From: Squalus acanthias
Taxonomy: Eukaryota
Length of the DNA stretch: 64,000 nucleotides
Assembly (NCBI GenBank): GCA_030390025.1
Contig: CM059431.1
Location: forward strand, 95,792,001 to 95,856,000
Direction of reading: 5' to 3'
The notes under the pieces were generated by a model, which was not told the DNA's origin, made no database searches, and saw nothing but the letters and a program-made list of their open reading frames with translations. A program made the translations under genes and the position numbers. This document shows, in pieces, positions 51,079 to 63,020 of the stretch; positions within the stretch are counted from its first letter, which is position 1, and each line of letters begins with the position of its first letter.

Positions 51079-54000
51079 TTTCAAGTAAAGCGTTTTCAGC
51101 ATGTGGAATAGACTTCAGTTAGGCTACTGGAAACAAAATGCTGGGTTAGCAATGTGAGTTCTTTCTGGATGGTGAGCTCGGATGGGCCTCACCCAATCAA
51201 ATCTATCACTGTTCATAGGCTCATTATCATGGAAAATTTCAACATGCTCACAGAATCTTTTGAAAAAGTAAAGCACAACTGTGCTGAAAATAGCAACGTT
51301 ACAGGAGTTCAGCGTTCAAAGCAAATATTAAAAGCTTCAGAAAATAAGGCTGGATTATTTACCTGGCGAGGCACTGGGAGCAGTGGGGTCCGGTAGCGCA
51401 CAGGAAACCCAGAAGTAGCTGCGGCACGTCTGTCAGTGGCTTTTTAACACAGCCACTGCATTTGCATCTGACTTTCGGGTTTCCCGAACAATTAGCACGA
51501 GTGGTCGTAATGACGACACACATAGGTCTATTTCAGCTGAGATATTTAAAGGAACACTACAAAGATGACAGTTGAAGGATTGTGAAGGTGGGAGAAAGAT
51601 TCAATGGAGTCTCAACGTTCCAAAGCTGTCCCTCGCTTTAGTGATGCCTCCCTGGGGAGGAAAAAGCCAGCCTCACTGATGAAGAAGGCATGGCTGGAGT
51701 TAGCAGCAGGAGTGTGGTGCCACGCTCCTGGATACAGTGCAGGAAGAGATTTAATGACCTCATGAGGGCAGCAAAGGTGAGTACAATGCCACATTCAACT
51801 ACATCCTGATGAGCATGTCACCCCAACCCCCTCACTCTGCCTTCCCAAGCCTACTACTGCACATCACTCCTCATACCAACGTACCTTGCAGATGCACCCA
51901 TCCCTCTGACCATCCACTACTGACACTCATCCTCATCTTAATGCAATGTCACGTCTCTCCCTCAAAGTCACCCGCAACAGATGTTGTCCATCCATCCATT
52001 ACACTCATTCCATGACTCTCACTCCAAGATCTCTTGTTTCCCTCCTTGTAGGAGAAGAGAGCACAGAACACCCGGGAGAGGTAGAATCTACTTATCGCCA
52101 TGCTTACAGCTGCAGAGGAGGAGGCACGTGAAATAAGCGGCATGTCGGCATGCCTGGCAGTGGGAGATGGGGAGCCCCCAGCTACCTGGTGTCAGAATTA
52201 AATATCACACAGCCACACGGCATACAACAGTCACTCATGCTGACTTGATGTCAGCAGCCAGTGAAATATAATCAAGTGCATAATGTTAGCTTAAAATGTT
52301 CTTACCATGACAGTTCAAATTCATGTCTTTAATCTCCCACAGGCCCATTAAGTGTCCCAGAGGCAGTGGAGCTAGAGGAAGATGACTCGTCAGAGGAGGT
52401 CGCTAATTCTGAGGGTGCATCGTCACACCAAGCACCAGCGCAGATACACACATGTCGGTGGGACCATCAAGGCAGGTAGTTGTGTTGTCACCTGGTGTCT
52501 CACAGATCAAATGTGAGCAAGAGCAGGTGGTGAAGTCAGGGACAGCAGTGGAGAGTCCTCGTCAGAGGGTGCAGGACGCTCCAAGCTCTGCTCAGCTGGA
52601 CGCAGATGCTGAACCTCGGGGGTCGTCGACAAAGAGGATGATTCTGGAGGAGCAGCAAAAAATGCGTGAGGCTCTGGCAGGATTTCCAGGTGTGATGTGC
52701 ACACTTGCAGAGAGAATGGAGGAGTCCATCTCAAGCATGACTGGCATGATGTCGCAGGCCTTAGCTATGATGTATTCATCCATGGAAAGAGTGGCAACCT
52801 GCATGGAGCATCAAACGTGGCAGTCAAACGAGTGCATGCTTGCCCTCACCAATAGCTTGCACACTCTGAATGCCACCTTAACTAGGATGGATCAAAACCT
52901 AGCATTGGCCGTTCAGTGCCCCACTGATGTCCAGCAAAGTGCTCTCCAGCTCATTGCTAGCAGGGAAGTGTGGGTGGGCCATGAGAGGAATGATGGCGAA
53001 ATGAGACATAGAAGGGGTCTCTACTCAAAGCGCTTCCATTTCTCTCCAATTGCAGCCCGCCCCCCGCCCCACATGCTTCCTCGTGTCCCAATGGCCAAGT
53101 CTGCCTCTGCCCAGGTGCAGGTGCAGCAGTCTTTGGCGGGGCCCTCACGGCCTCCAAAACCCAGAAGACGTCGGCCAAGAGCATCTGAGCAGTCAGAGCA
53201 GGGATGTGAGCAGCCTGCTTCTATCTCTGCTGAAGCCACAGCGGTTGCACATCGTAGGAGTTATAGGAAGAGGAAGATGAAAGATTATTAGTTGCATGAG
53301 GGTATGCACATGGGTGTGTTAGACATGTCACAATAATAAGTTAATGTATAAGCTTTGATCCACGTATAAAAATATTTCTTTGCACCACTCTCCTGTCTTG
53401 CCCATTTTTGCCTGCAGCCTGGCAATTGGCCTTCTCAGTTCTGATGACTGGTAAGACAAGACTTAAATCTGAGCAATGGGTGTCTGTGAAAGGGATGCTT
53501 TGTTGATTGCAGGACTGCTTTGTGCTGGGGGAAGCGGAGGGACAAGTGTGTTCAGCATGTGGTTGCCAGATGGGTACAGTGGTGCAGCCTAACTAAATCT
53601 TGCCCTGATGAGTCCATCCTAGGCAGCAACGTGCGCTGCTGCTGGTGCTGTTGATGCTGGAAATCCTCTTCTGAGGCCCAAGGTGAAACAGCATAAGCGG
53701 CACTCATGCTGATCTGATAAATGACAGATTTAAAGGGGAGATCAGATGCACAAACATCCAAAGTAATGAGAGTGACCTCCAATGTAGTGAAAGTCACCTC
53801 CAAAGTAGTAGAAACCACCTCCAAAGTTGTAGAAATCACCTGCAAAGTACTGAATGCAAACTCTCAGAACAAGTGCTGTGAGCAAAGCCTTCACTTAGAC
53901 AAGGAATCAGGTGTGAGGTCTCTTTTTGCCTGTCATTTCTTCAGCCTCCTCAATTGCCGCTGTGCTCTTGCCTTGCTTTCACTGACGAGGTCCAGGAAGC

Positions 54001-54315
54001 TTGGGGAACCCGTGGACCCACAGTGAAAGTTGAAAACCCCTGTTAAAAAACCTGTTAACTACCTCTTAATTGCATTCACTTGGTAACCCGCCTATCCCAA
54101 GGGTCTCTCGCACGTTGCCGAACATGCTCCAGTGAAATGTGGAGCTCAGCGGGTTGCAGCCCGATGCGCTGTCAATTTTAGCACATTTTACTACCCACCC
54201 GCTCCCAAACCCTAATACGATAGCAAAATACTGCGGATGCTGGAAATCCGAAATAACAACAGAAGACACTGGAAAAACTCAGCAGGCCAGGCAGCATCCG
54301 TGGAGAGAGAAACAG

Positions 54316-54352
54316 AGTTAACGTTTCAGGTCGAAGACCCTTTGTCAGAACT
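54316..54352 (-). ncRNA. Minimal hammerhead motif, core-mutated (G8A)
   Basis: agtt-CTGACAA-a-gggtc(ttc)gacct-GAAA-cgtt-aact. Confidence 0.6.
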
Positions 54353-54487
54353 GGCAAAAAGCAGGAAATGAAATAGATTTAAAGCAAGTATAATGCTGGG
54401 AAAAGGAGAAGGGGATGAAAGAACAAAAGGGAAGGTCAGTGGTAGTATAGAAGGCAGGAGAGATTAAGAGACATTGAGAGACATTAA

Positions 54488-55242
54488 GGGTTGGATTTTC
54501 ATAGGGCCGTGGAGGCGGGTTTGGAGGCATGTGGGGGGTTAAAATTGCGAAAAGTGGCGGGTGGACCTGATCCCGCCTCCATTCCGCCTCCACGCAATTT
54601 TGATAAAATCATGTGCGGGGTTCCCGACTCCGTCCCACCTCCAAGAGGTGGGAGAGGCCATTAAAGCCCTTAACAAGCCCTAAATTGGCTCTGTAATGTC
54701 ATTTTGAAACATTTTAGCTAGTTTAACCCTTTTCCCACGTGAAGCACGCCTGATGTGAAACACGCCAGTGAAACCTGGCGGGAGCACAAGTGGATAGCTG
54801 ACTATCAGCTGCAGGTCCACTATTACAACGGAGATGTGATGAAGGTAGTAGTAGTATTAGGTCTGAAAGTCGCCTCTGATGCTGCTGCATTGAATGTCTT
54901 CAGAGACTGCTTGGCCTTTGCTGTGAGAGGACCTGGATGCAAAAAAAAATTCTCTCTCTCTCTCTCTCTCTCTCTGAGGTGCTTCTCATTTTGCATCCAG
55001 GTCCACTCACAGCAAAGGCCAGGCAGTCTCTGAAGACCTTCAATGCAGCAGCAATGATGACATCATCAGAGGCGACTTTCAGACTGAAAACATTAATTGG
55101 TTCATGGGTTCCCACATGCTGGAACTCAATTGCTCAATTAGGTGAAAATTGCATCAATCTCCCACATCCAATTGCAGTCAGGTGGATAACACGAAATGCG
55201 GATGACATGACCCCAACCCGCCCCAGTATCAAAATCCAGCCC
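54488..55242 (-). mobile_element. Harbinger-type MITE, family M1
   Basis: TAA TSD on both sides; TIR gggttggatttt/aaaatccagccc; (CT)n centre. Confidence 0.9.
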
Positions 55243-55696
55243 TAAGAGATATTCAAGGCGAGAGAAGGTGGTAATGTGACAGGTTGAGGCTCGATGAAGT
55301 GTGAAATGCACTGGCGGAATGAAGGACAGCTGCCAGCTTCAGGGAGGGAAGAAAAAAAGGGGCAACAATTTCAGATCATAACCACGGCCCCTATCATATA
55401 TATATATATATATATATTTTATTTTTTCATCCACCCTTTTGTTTGGCCCCTTTTTTCTTCCCTCCCTGAAGCTGGCAGCTGTCCTTCATTCCGCCAGCAC
55501 ATTTCACACTTCATCTGGCCTCAACCTGTCCCATTACCACCTCCTCTTGCCTTGAATATCTCTTAATGTCTCTCAATGTCTCTTAATCTCTCCTGCCTTC
55601 TATACTACCACTGACCTTCCCTTTTGTTCTTTCATCCCCTCCCCCTTTTCCCAGCATTATACTTGCTTTAAATCTATTTCATTTCCTGCTTTTTCC

Positions 55697-55733
55697 AGTT
55701 CTGACGAAGGGTCTTTGACCTGAAATGTTAACT
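55697..55733 (+). ncRNA. Minimal hammerhead motif (core intact; stem III ACGT changed to ATGT)
   Basis: agtt-CTGACGA-a-gggtc(ttt)gacct-GAAA-tgtt-aact. Confidence 0.68.
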
Positions 55734-56095
55734 CTGTTTCTCTCTCCATGGATGCTGCCTAGCTCGCTCCCAAACCCACTCACTCTTTGATGTTAAAATT
55801 CCCCCCAAGTGTGGAATTATGTGCTAATTAATGACCGCAAAATGGCAGAGCAGAGTGCAAATTGGTAGTTAGTGAGGTTAGGTTATTCAGCATTGGGCAT
55901 TGTCTTCACAGAAAGTGTTGGGCAAATGTTTCTTTCTTTTAGAAGTGAGAAGAACCAAAAGTTATTTTTCTCCATAATGTGAAATCACACATAAATGACA
56001 TGATATTCCTCCAACATCTGTTTGTCAAACACCTTTTTCTCAATGCAATGCCCCATTAAATCCATTGGTCTGCTACAAAGTGATATAATCATAAT

Positions 56096-56328
56096 GGGGT
56101 AAATTTTATGAATTACCTCTGCCAGCACGGAGCCTGACTTGATGGGAGGATGCATCAGACAATCAGTGTAGAGGTCAGCGTGACCAATTTGCGGCCCTCC
56201 TGATTTTAATGACCGGGTAATCAGGAGGGCTATGCATCATGTGATCTGGCTCCTGCACCCAACTATCTTATCTACCCTCCCATCGAGTGAGATTCCATGT
56301 CAAGAGCACTAACTCATAAAATGTATTG
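56096..56328. mobile_element. Old palindromic (hairpin) MITE
   Basis: Nested inverted repeats ttttatgaatta/taactcataaaa, gatgggagg/cctcccatc and gccctcctgatt/aatcaggagggc. Confidence 0.6.
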
Positions 56329-56829
56329 TTCTTTTTGGCTGAAAACTGGCCAGAGAGTTATAACTCACTCATGAGGACGATGACCACAACATGCTCAATA
56401 CTCTGTCACTCATCAGCTATTATATACATTCAAAATAGTACTTCATGGCTCTTGGCAAGAATACTTTTACAGTGGGCACTGGTGACAGAGACAACAAATA
56501 AGCACAATGATGAATACTTTCAGAGTTTGTTAAAATCCATATGCTATAAAGAACTACAAAAGAGAAAAATCTCTGATGGACACTTCATTCAGCTCAGACA
56601 CTGATGTACTAGTGTAAAGTTCTGTTTTTTTCTCTTCAATCATGTACAGACTTAATCGATCCAGAAATAAAATGTGTTTGTTTCTATTTTAAAAATCCGT
56701 TAATACCTTTACAATCAAACTAAACAAGTTTGTGGTTATTTTATCAGGAGCTAATTTTCAATGAATTGTCCTGCAATAAAAAGAACCTGTGAGGTTCCAA
56801 TGCTGTCATATCATTCTATTGAGACTTTT

Positions 56830-57483
56830 GTGGGCGCCATCAATGATAGCTTCCTTATATATCACGTTGGTGAGGCAATTGGATAAAAAATTCTAGATCT
56901 GTTTTTTTGCAGTGATCCTAGTGTTGTATCAAACCTTCATGTGGGAGAACACCTGGTCAGCTCAGAGCATAATATAATTAGGTTTAATCTTATTGGCCAA
57001 TCCAAGGCTGCAGCCAATTTAATGCTGAGCCCAGATTTTAAGAGGGCTAACTTTATAAAAATGGCTGAGGATCTGGCAAAAGTTAACTGGGCAGCCCTAC
57101 TAAATAGGCAATCAAGTACTGAGGACAAAAGGGTTCTATTTAAATCCATTCTCAAACAGCATGAAGACCTGTATGTCCCAATGATTAAAAGGAAGGCACA
57201 TGGCAAAACAAAACCATTATGGTAGATGAGGAATGTACAGAGGCAAATTTGATTGAAACAGAAGGCACTCTACACACTGAAGGCATTTAACTCACAAGAG
57301 AATGGGGAAAAGTATCACTTGCAATTGAGGGAGACTGAAGCAGCCATAAGATTAGCCAAGAGATCTCTGGAAAAGGAGATGGTACATAATTGTGGCAGTA
57401 ATAGCAAAAGCTTTTTCAGCTATGTCAGAAGTCAGAAGACCATTAAGGACCACATAGGGCCAATAAAGGATACTGGAGGGCAA
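56830..57483 (+). mobile_element. Old CR1 EN-linker fragment
   Basis: GEHLVSSEHNIIRF...DFKRANF; NSKSFFSYVRS...IGPIKD. Confidence 0.75.
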
Positions 57484-57580
57484 CGGTAGCATAGTGGTTA
57501 TGTTACTGGACCAGTAATCCAGAGGCCTGGACCAAGATCCACCACAGCAGCTGGGGAATTTAAAATCAGTTAATTAAATT
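57484..57580 (+). mobile_element. Short tRNA-like SINE head remnant
   Basis: ggtagcatagtggt (A-box-like)...actggaccagtaatccaga; B box damaged. Confidence 0.45.
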
Positions 57581-59534
57581 AACTGATTAACTGGGACCAT
57601 TTCTGGTGAAGGTGGGACCTGTACAAGCCGGATGGGTTACACCTCAACAGAGCTGGGACCAATATTCTCATGGGGAGGTTTGCTAGTGCTGTTGGGGAGG
57701 GTTTAAACTAGCTTGTCAGGGGGATGGGCACCAGCATGTAGGAGTGGAGGGGAGGAATGGGGTGCATGGAAGAGTGAGTGTGTTGGATGGTACTGGAGGG
57801 GAAGGTAGCGCTGGAGGCGGAAGTAGTACCATGTTAGATAGGAGCAGACTAAAAAAGACAACGAAAAATTGAACAATGGGTTTAGAATGCATGTACGTAA
57901 ACGCACAAAGTGTGGTGAATAAGGTTGGTGAGCTACAAGCACAATTAGCTGTATGGCAATATGATGTTGTGGCAATAACGGAAACGTGGCTTAAAAATGG
58001 TGAGGACTGGGCACTTAATATTCAAGGGTACAAGGTGTTCAGAAAAGATAGGGAAGGAAAAAAGGGAGGTGGGGAGGCAGTGCTGATTAAGGAAGACATT
58101 GTAGTGTTGGAAAGGGAGGTTATTCTTGAGGGGACAAGGACAGAATCCATTTGGTTAGAGTTGAGGAGCAAAAAGGGTATGATCACGCTATTGGGGGTAT
58201 TCTACAGGCTTCCAAATAGTGAGAGGGAGGTAGAGGAGCAAATCTGAAGAGACATGCAAGAGCTATAGAGTGGTGATATTGGGGGACTTTAATTACCCAA
58301 ATATCATTTGGGATAATGCTAGGGTAAAGGAAAAGGAGGGGGAGGAATTTCTGAAATGTGTTCAGGAGAATTTCCTTGACAAGCATGTTCTTGGCCCAAC
58401 TAGGAAGGAGGCATTGCTGGATCTGGTGCTGGGGAATGAGGTGGGCTAGGTCGACCAAGTGTCTGTGGGAGAACACTTAGGTACGAGTGATCATCGTATC
58501 ATAAGATTTAGATTAGCAATGGAGAGGAGCAAGGAACAATCTAGAGTGGAACTTCTAAACTGGAATAGGGCAAACTTCAATGGGATGCGAAAGGATCTAG
58601 CCAGATTAAAATGGAACCAAAGACTGACAGGAAAAACTGTAACAGAACAATGGGTGATCTTTAAGGAGGAGATGTTCCAAGTACAGGCTAGGTGCATTCC
58701 AACAAGAGGGAAGGGTAAGGGAACCAAAGCAAGGGCTCAGTGGATGACGAGGGAGATTGAGAAGATGATGAAACAAAAAAAGAGGGTGTATAATGCATGT
58801 CAGGTGAATTTGTCAAGGGAGAACCAGACCAAATATAATAAGTTGAGAGGGGATGTGAAGATGAAAATAAGATTTAACAAAGAGAGAATATGAGAGTAGA
58901 ATGGCGGTTAACCTAAAAGGGAACCCAACAAACCCAACCGGCATGTAAACAGTAAGCGGGTAGTAAGAGGCGGGGTGGGGCCTATTAGGGACAAAGAAAG
59001 TGATATATGCTTAGAGGCGCAGGGCAAGGCTAGAATACTCAATGAGTACTTTGTATCGGTGGTTACTAAGGAAGTGGATGCTGACAAAATATCGGTAGAA
59101 GTGGAAAAGGTAGAAGCAATGGAAGGGATGAAAAATGATAGACAGGATGTACTAGAAAGACTGGGTATGCTTAGAGTGGCTAAGTCACCTGGTCCAGATG
59201 GCTTGCATCCCAGGTTGCTAAGGGAATTGGGGGAGGAGATAGCAGAAGGGCTTGCCATAATTTTCCAATCTTCCCTAGATGCGCGTGAGGTGCCTGAGGA
59301 TTGAAAAGTGGCAAATGTGACACCATTGTTCAAGAAAGGGTGTAAGGACAATCCTAGTAGCTCGAGGAACAGCACCTCATCTTTCGTTTAGGCACGCTAC
59401 AGCCCTCTGGACTCAACATAGAGTTCAACAATTTCAGATCATAACCACAGCCCCTATCACAGATATATATATATATATTTCATTTTTTCATCCACCCTTT
59501 TGTTTCGCCCCCTTTTTTTCTTCCCTCCCTGAAG

Positions 59535-60438
59535 GCGTGTGTGTTGTGAGGAGGATGCAGAGAAACTCCAGTATGATTTAGACAAGTTGGGTGATTGGAC
59601 AGATGCATGGCAGATGCAGTATAATGTGGATAAATGCAAGGTTATCCACTTTGGTGGCAAAAACAGGAAGGCAGATTATTATCTGAACGGCAATAGATTG
59701 GGAAAAGAGGAAGTGCAACGAGACCTGGGAGTCCTTGTGCACCAGTCGTTGAAGGTAAGCATGCAGGTGCAGCAGGCGGTTAAGAAGGCAAATGGTATGT
59801 TGGCCTTCATAGCGAGAGGATTTGAGTAAAGGAGCAAGGATGTCTTGCTGCAGTTGTACAGGGCCTTGGTGAGACCACACCTTGTGTATTGTGTGCAGTT
59901 TTGGTCGCCTTATCTGAGGAAGGATGCTCTTGCCATGGAGGGAGTGCAGCAAAGATTCACCAGACTGATACCTGGGATGGCAGGAATGACGTATGAAGAG
60001 AGATTGGGACGATTGGGCTTGTATTCGCTAGAGTTTAGAAGAATGAGAGGGGATCTCATTGAAACTTATAAAATTCTAACAGGACTAGACAGACTAGATG
60101 CAGGAAGGATGTTCCCGATGGCGGGGGAGTACAGAACCAGAGGTCACAGTCTAAGGATAAGGGGTAAGCCATTTAGGACTGAGATGAGGAGGAATTTCTT
60201 CACCCAGAGAGTGGTGAACCTGTAGAATTCTCTACCACAGAAGGCAGTTGAGGCCAATTCATTAAATATATTCAAGAAGGAGTTAAATATATTTCTTAAG
60301 GCTAAAGGGATCAAGGGATATGGGGAGAAAGCAGGGACAGGGTACTGAATTTGGATGATCAGCCATGATCGCATTAAATGGCGGAGCAGGCTCGAGGGGC
60401 CAAATGGCCTACTCCTGCTCCTATCTTCTATGTTTCTA
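59535..60438 (+). mobile_element. 5'-truncated CR1 inserted in the Penelope repeat
   Basis: WQMQYNVDKC...LYRALVRPHL...FFTQRVVNL; tail ttctatgtttcta; tgaag on both flanks. Confidence 0.9.
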
Positions 60439-60659
60439 TGAAGCTGGCAGCTGTCCTTCATTCCGCCAGCGCATTGCACACTTCATCTAGCCTCAACCTG
60501 TCACATTACCACCTCCTCTTGCCTTGAATATCTCTTAATGTCTCTTAATCTCTCCTGCCTTCTATACTACCACTGACCTTCTCTTTTGTTCTTTCATCCC
60601 CTCCCCCTTTTCCCAGCATTATACTTTCTTTAAATCTATTTAATTTCCTGCTTTTTGCC

Positions 60660-60696
60660 AGTTCTGACGAAGGGTCTTCGACCTGAAACGTTAACT
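60660..60696 (+). ncRNA. Minimal type I hammerhead ribozyme, intact
   Basis: agtt-CTGACGA-a-gggtc(ttc)gacct-GAAA-cgtt-aact; palindromic ACGT stem III. Confidence 0.78.
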
Positions 60697-62036
60697 CTGT
60701 TTCTCTCTCCACGGATGCTGCCTCGCCTGCTGAGTTTTTCCAGCGTTTTCTGTTGTTATTTCGGATTTCCAGCATCTGCAGTATTTTGCTATCATTTTTA
60801 ACGACAGTTTAACATCAGTGGTGGGTAAAGTTTATGAACAATAACCAAGGAAAAAATTAACGTGCACTTGGAGAGGTTTAAGCTAATTAAGGAGAGCCAA
60901 CACAGATTTGTAAAAGGCAGATCATGTTTGACCAATCTAACTGAATTTTTTGATGAAGTAACAGAGAGGATCGATGAAGGGAATGCAATGGATGTTGTCT
61001 ACATGGATTTTAGGAAGGCGTTTGACAAAGTACCACATAGAAGTCTGGTTAACAAAATTGAGGCTCACGGAATAGGTGGGTCAGTGGCAGCTTGGATAAG
61101 GAATTGGCTTAAGGACAGAAAACAGCGAGTTGTGGTAAATGGCTGTTTTTCAGACTGGAGGATGGTAGACAGTGTTGTTCCCCAAGGGTCAGTGCTGGGG
61201 CCACTGCTTTTTTTTGATATATATATAAATGACCTGGATATTGGAATACAAAGTAGAATTTCTAAATTTGCCGATGACCCCAAACTTGGGGGTGTGGCAA
61301 ACAGTGAGGATGATACCAATCGACTGCAACAGGACATAGAAAGGCTAGCAGAATGGGCAGACAAGTGGCAGATGGAATTTAATACAGTGGCAGATGGAAT
61401 TTAATATAGAGAAGTGTGAGGTGATGCATTTTGGCAGAAGGAACAGGGAGAGGCAAAATACACTTAATGGCACAGTTTTAAAGAGTGTGCAGGGACAGAG
61501 GAACCTGGGAGTTAATGTTGCTGAAGGTGGCGGGACATATTGAGAGAGTGGTTAACAAAGCGTATGGGATCTTGGCTTCAAAAATAGTGGTATTAAGTAC
61601 AAAAGTAGAGAAGTTATGCTGAACCTTTATAAAGCGCTGTTTAGGCCACAACTTGAGTATTGCGTCCAGTTCTGGTCACCACACTTTTGGAAGGAGGTGA
61701 AGGCACTTGAGAGGGTGCAGAGGAGATTTACCAGAATGGTTCTGGGGATGGGGGATCTTAGCTACAAGGACAGGTTGGAGAAGCTGGATTTGTTTTTATT
61801 AGAGCAAAGGAGGTTGCGGGGTTATTTGATAGAGGTGTACAAGATTATGATGGGTTTGGATAGGCTAGATGGGGAAAGGCAGTTCCTACTACTTGTTGGT
61901 AGAAGGACTAGGGGACACAGATTTAAGGTTTTGGGCAAGAGATACAGGGGAGACGTGAGGAAAAACTTTTTTACGCAGCGAATGGTGAGGACCTGGAACT
62001 CGCTGTCGACGGAAGTGGTGGAAGCGGAGATACTCA

Positions 62037-62860
62037 GGGCTGAATTTTGTCAATGGGAAGCTTTTGGTGGCGGGACTGCTGCTTGCCGGCTTTCAATCCC
62101 GCCTCCATCAGCTTCTGGCCAACCAGCGGGATTTTTCCCTGATTGACCTTGTTAAGCCCGCCCAGCGGGCTCAGCAGGCCAATTAGGGGGAAGTCGCTGA
62201 TGTGCTATCTGTCAGGATTTCTTGAAAGAAGAAATGTCAGCTTTGACAGCTCTGTGAAGCTGTCAAACACTGGCAATCTGTGTAGTTTGATGAGGCCTTG
62301 TGTTCAGGACTCATCAAACCTTTCAACTTTGCAGAAATCACCTGGCTGTTGGTTCGGAGGATCCAACAGCCAGTCTGTGAAATCTACAATGAAGATGTCG
62401 GGACTCTGGATCCACAGCGGCTGAAGTCTGAGGGCAGAAACAATGGTAAGTGAACATTTTATAACACTTAACACTCACCTTACATACTTACCACTCCACA
62501 CTTGCACCCATCATTCACCTCTACACCTCACTTTCAGACCCCTCTGACCCCCGCAGACCTCCTTCTCGTCTCCTGCACCCTGGCGGGGTTCTCCGAGGTC
62601 AAGAAGCCTGCACTTCGGAGCTAAAAATAGGGATAATCCTTTCTTCTGCCTGTTAACTACCTGTTAACAGGCAGTTAATAGGATTTAATCCCTTTCCCGC
62701 CTCGAGGAGATGGGACCCGGGGCAGGACGGCTTCCCGTCTCCTGGCAAAAGGGCACGGAGGCGGGATGGGGTCGGGTTTACCAGCCGCACCCACTTTCTG
62801 CAACTTTACCGGCAGTCCCGCCTCCATACCCGCCTCCTCGGGGCTGACAAAATCCAGCCC
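62037..62860 (-). mobile_element. Harbinger-type MITE, family M2
   Basis: TIR gggctgaattttgtca / tgacaaaatccagccc; inverted homologue of 46116-46946. Confidence 0.85.
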
Positions 62861-63020
62861 ATAATGTTTGCAAGGGGAGACTGGATAGGCACTTGAGGGA
62901 AATATACTTGCAGGGCTACGGGGATAGAGCGGGGGAATGGGACTGACTGGATTGCTCCACAGAGAGCCGGCACGGACTCGATGGGCCGAATGGCCTCCTT
63001 CTGTGCCGTTGTGACTCTAC

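Larger units (their letters stand above)
54213..55764. mobile_element. Penelope-like element (family P2): two inverted terminal repeats with a 13-bp TSD
   Basis: Left arm minus (about 54219-55365, MITE inside), right arm plus (about 55365-55764); cgctcccaaaccc at 54200-54212 and 55765-55777. Confidence 0.82.
51348..55806 (+). mobile_element. Fourth Harbinger element, non-autonomous (Myb-like gene at about 51604-53291; no recognisable transposase)
   Basis: PRFSDASL...WIQCRKRFNDLMRAAK|gtgagt; acceptors ttgtag and cccacag; ORF 52452-53291 resembles the other Myb-gene last exons; terminus aaaattcccccc. Confidence 0.7.
59361..60795 (+). mobile_element. Penelope-like element 3' end (family P2): GIY-YIG C-terminus plus terminal repeat, split by a CR1 insertion
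   Basis: 59361-59444 reads LEEQHLIFRLGTLQPSGLNIEFNNFRS*, matching the E..I..L.T..P.GLN end of Penelope endonucleases; downstream sequence matches 55365-55764. Confidence 0.85.
57590..63020 (+). mobile_element. CR1 LINE (ORF1 end plus ORF2; 57590-59360 and 60800-63020) with nested Penelope, CR1 and MITE insertions
   Basis: DGLHLN; YVNAQS, ITETWL, SDH, SPGPDG; QHRF, DFRKAFD, KFADD; CR1 3' tail near 63000. Confidence 0.88.

Noticed and set aside
56326..56604. Host exon or ORF in unique-looking DNA
   Set aside because: The minus-strand splice-like signals enclose stops in all three frames, and the plus-strand peptide is unrecognisable.
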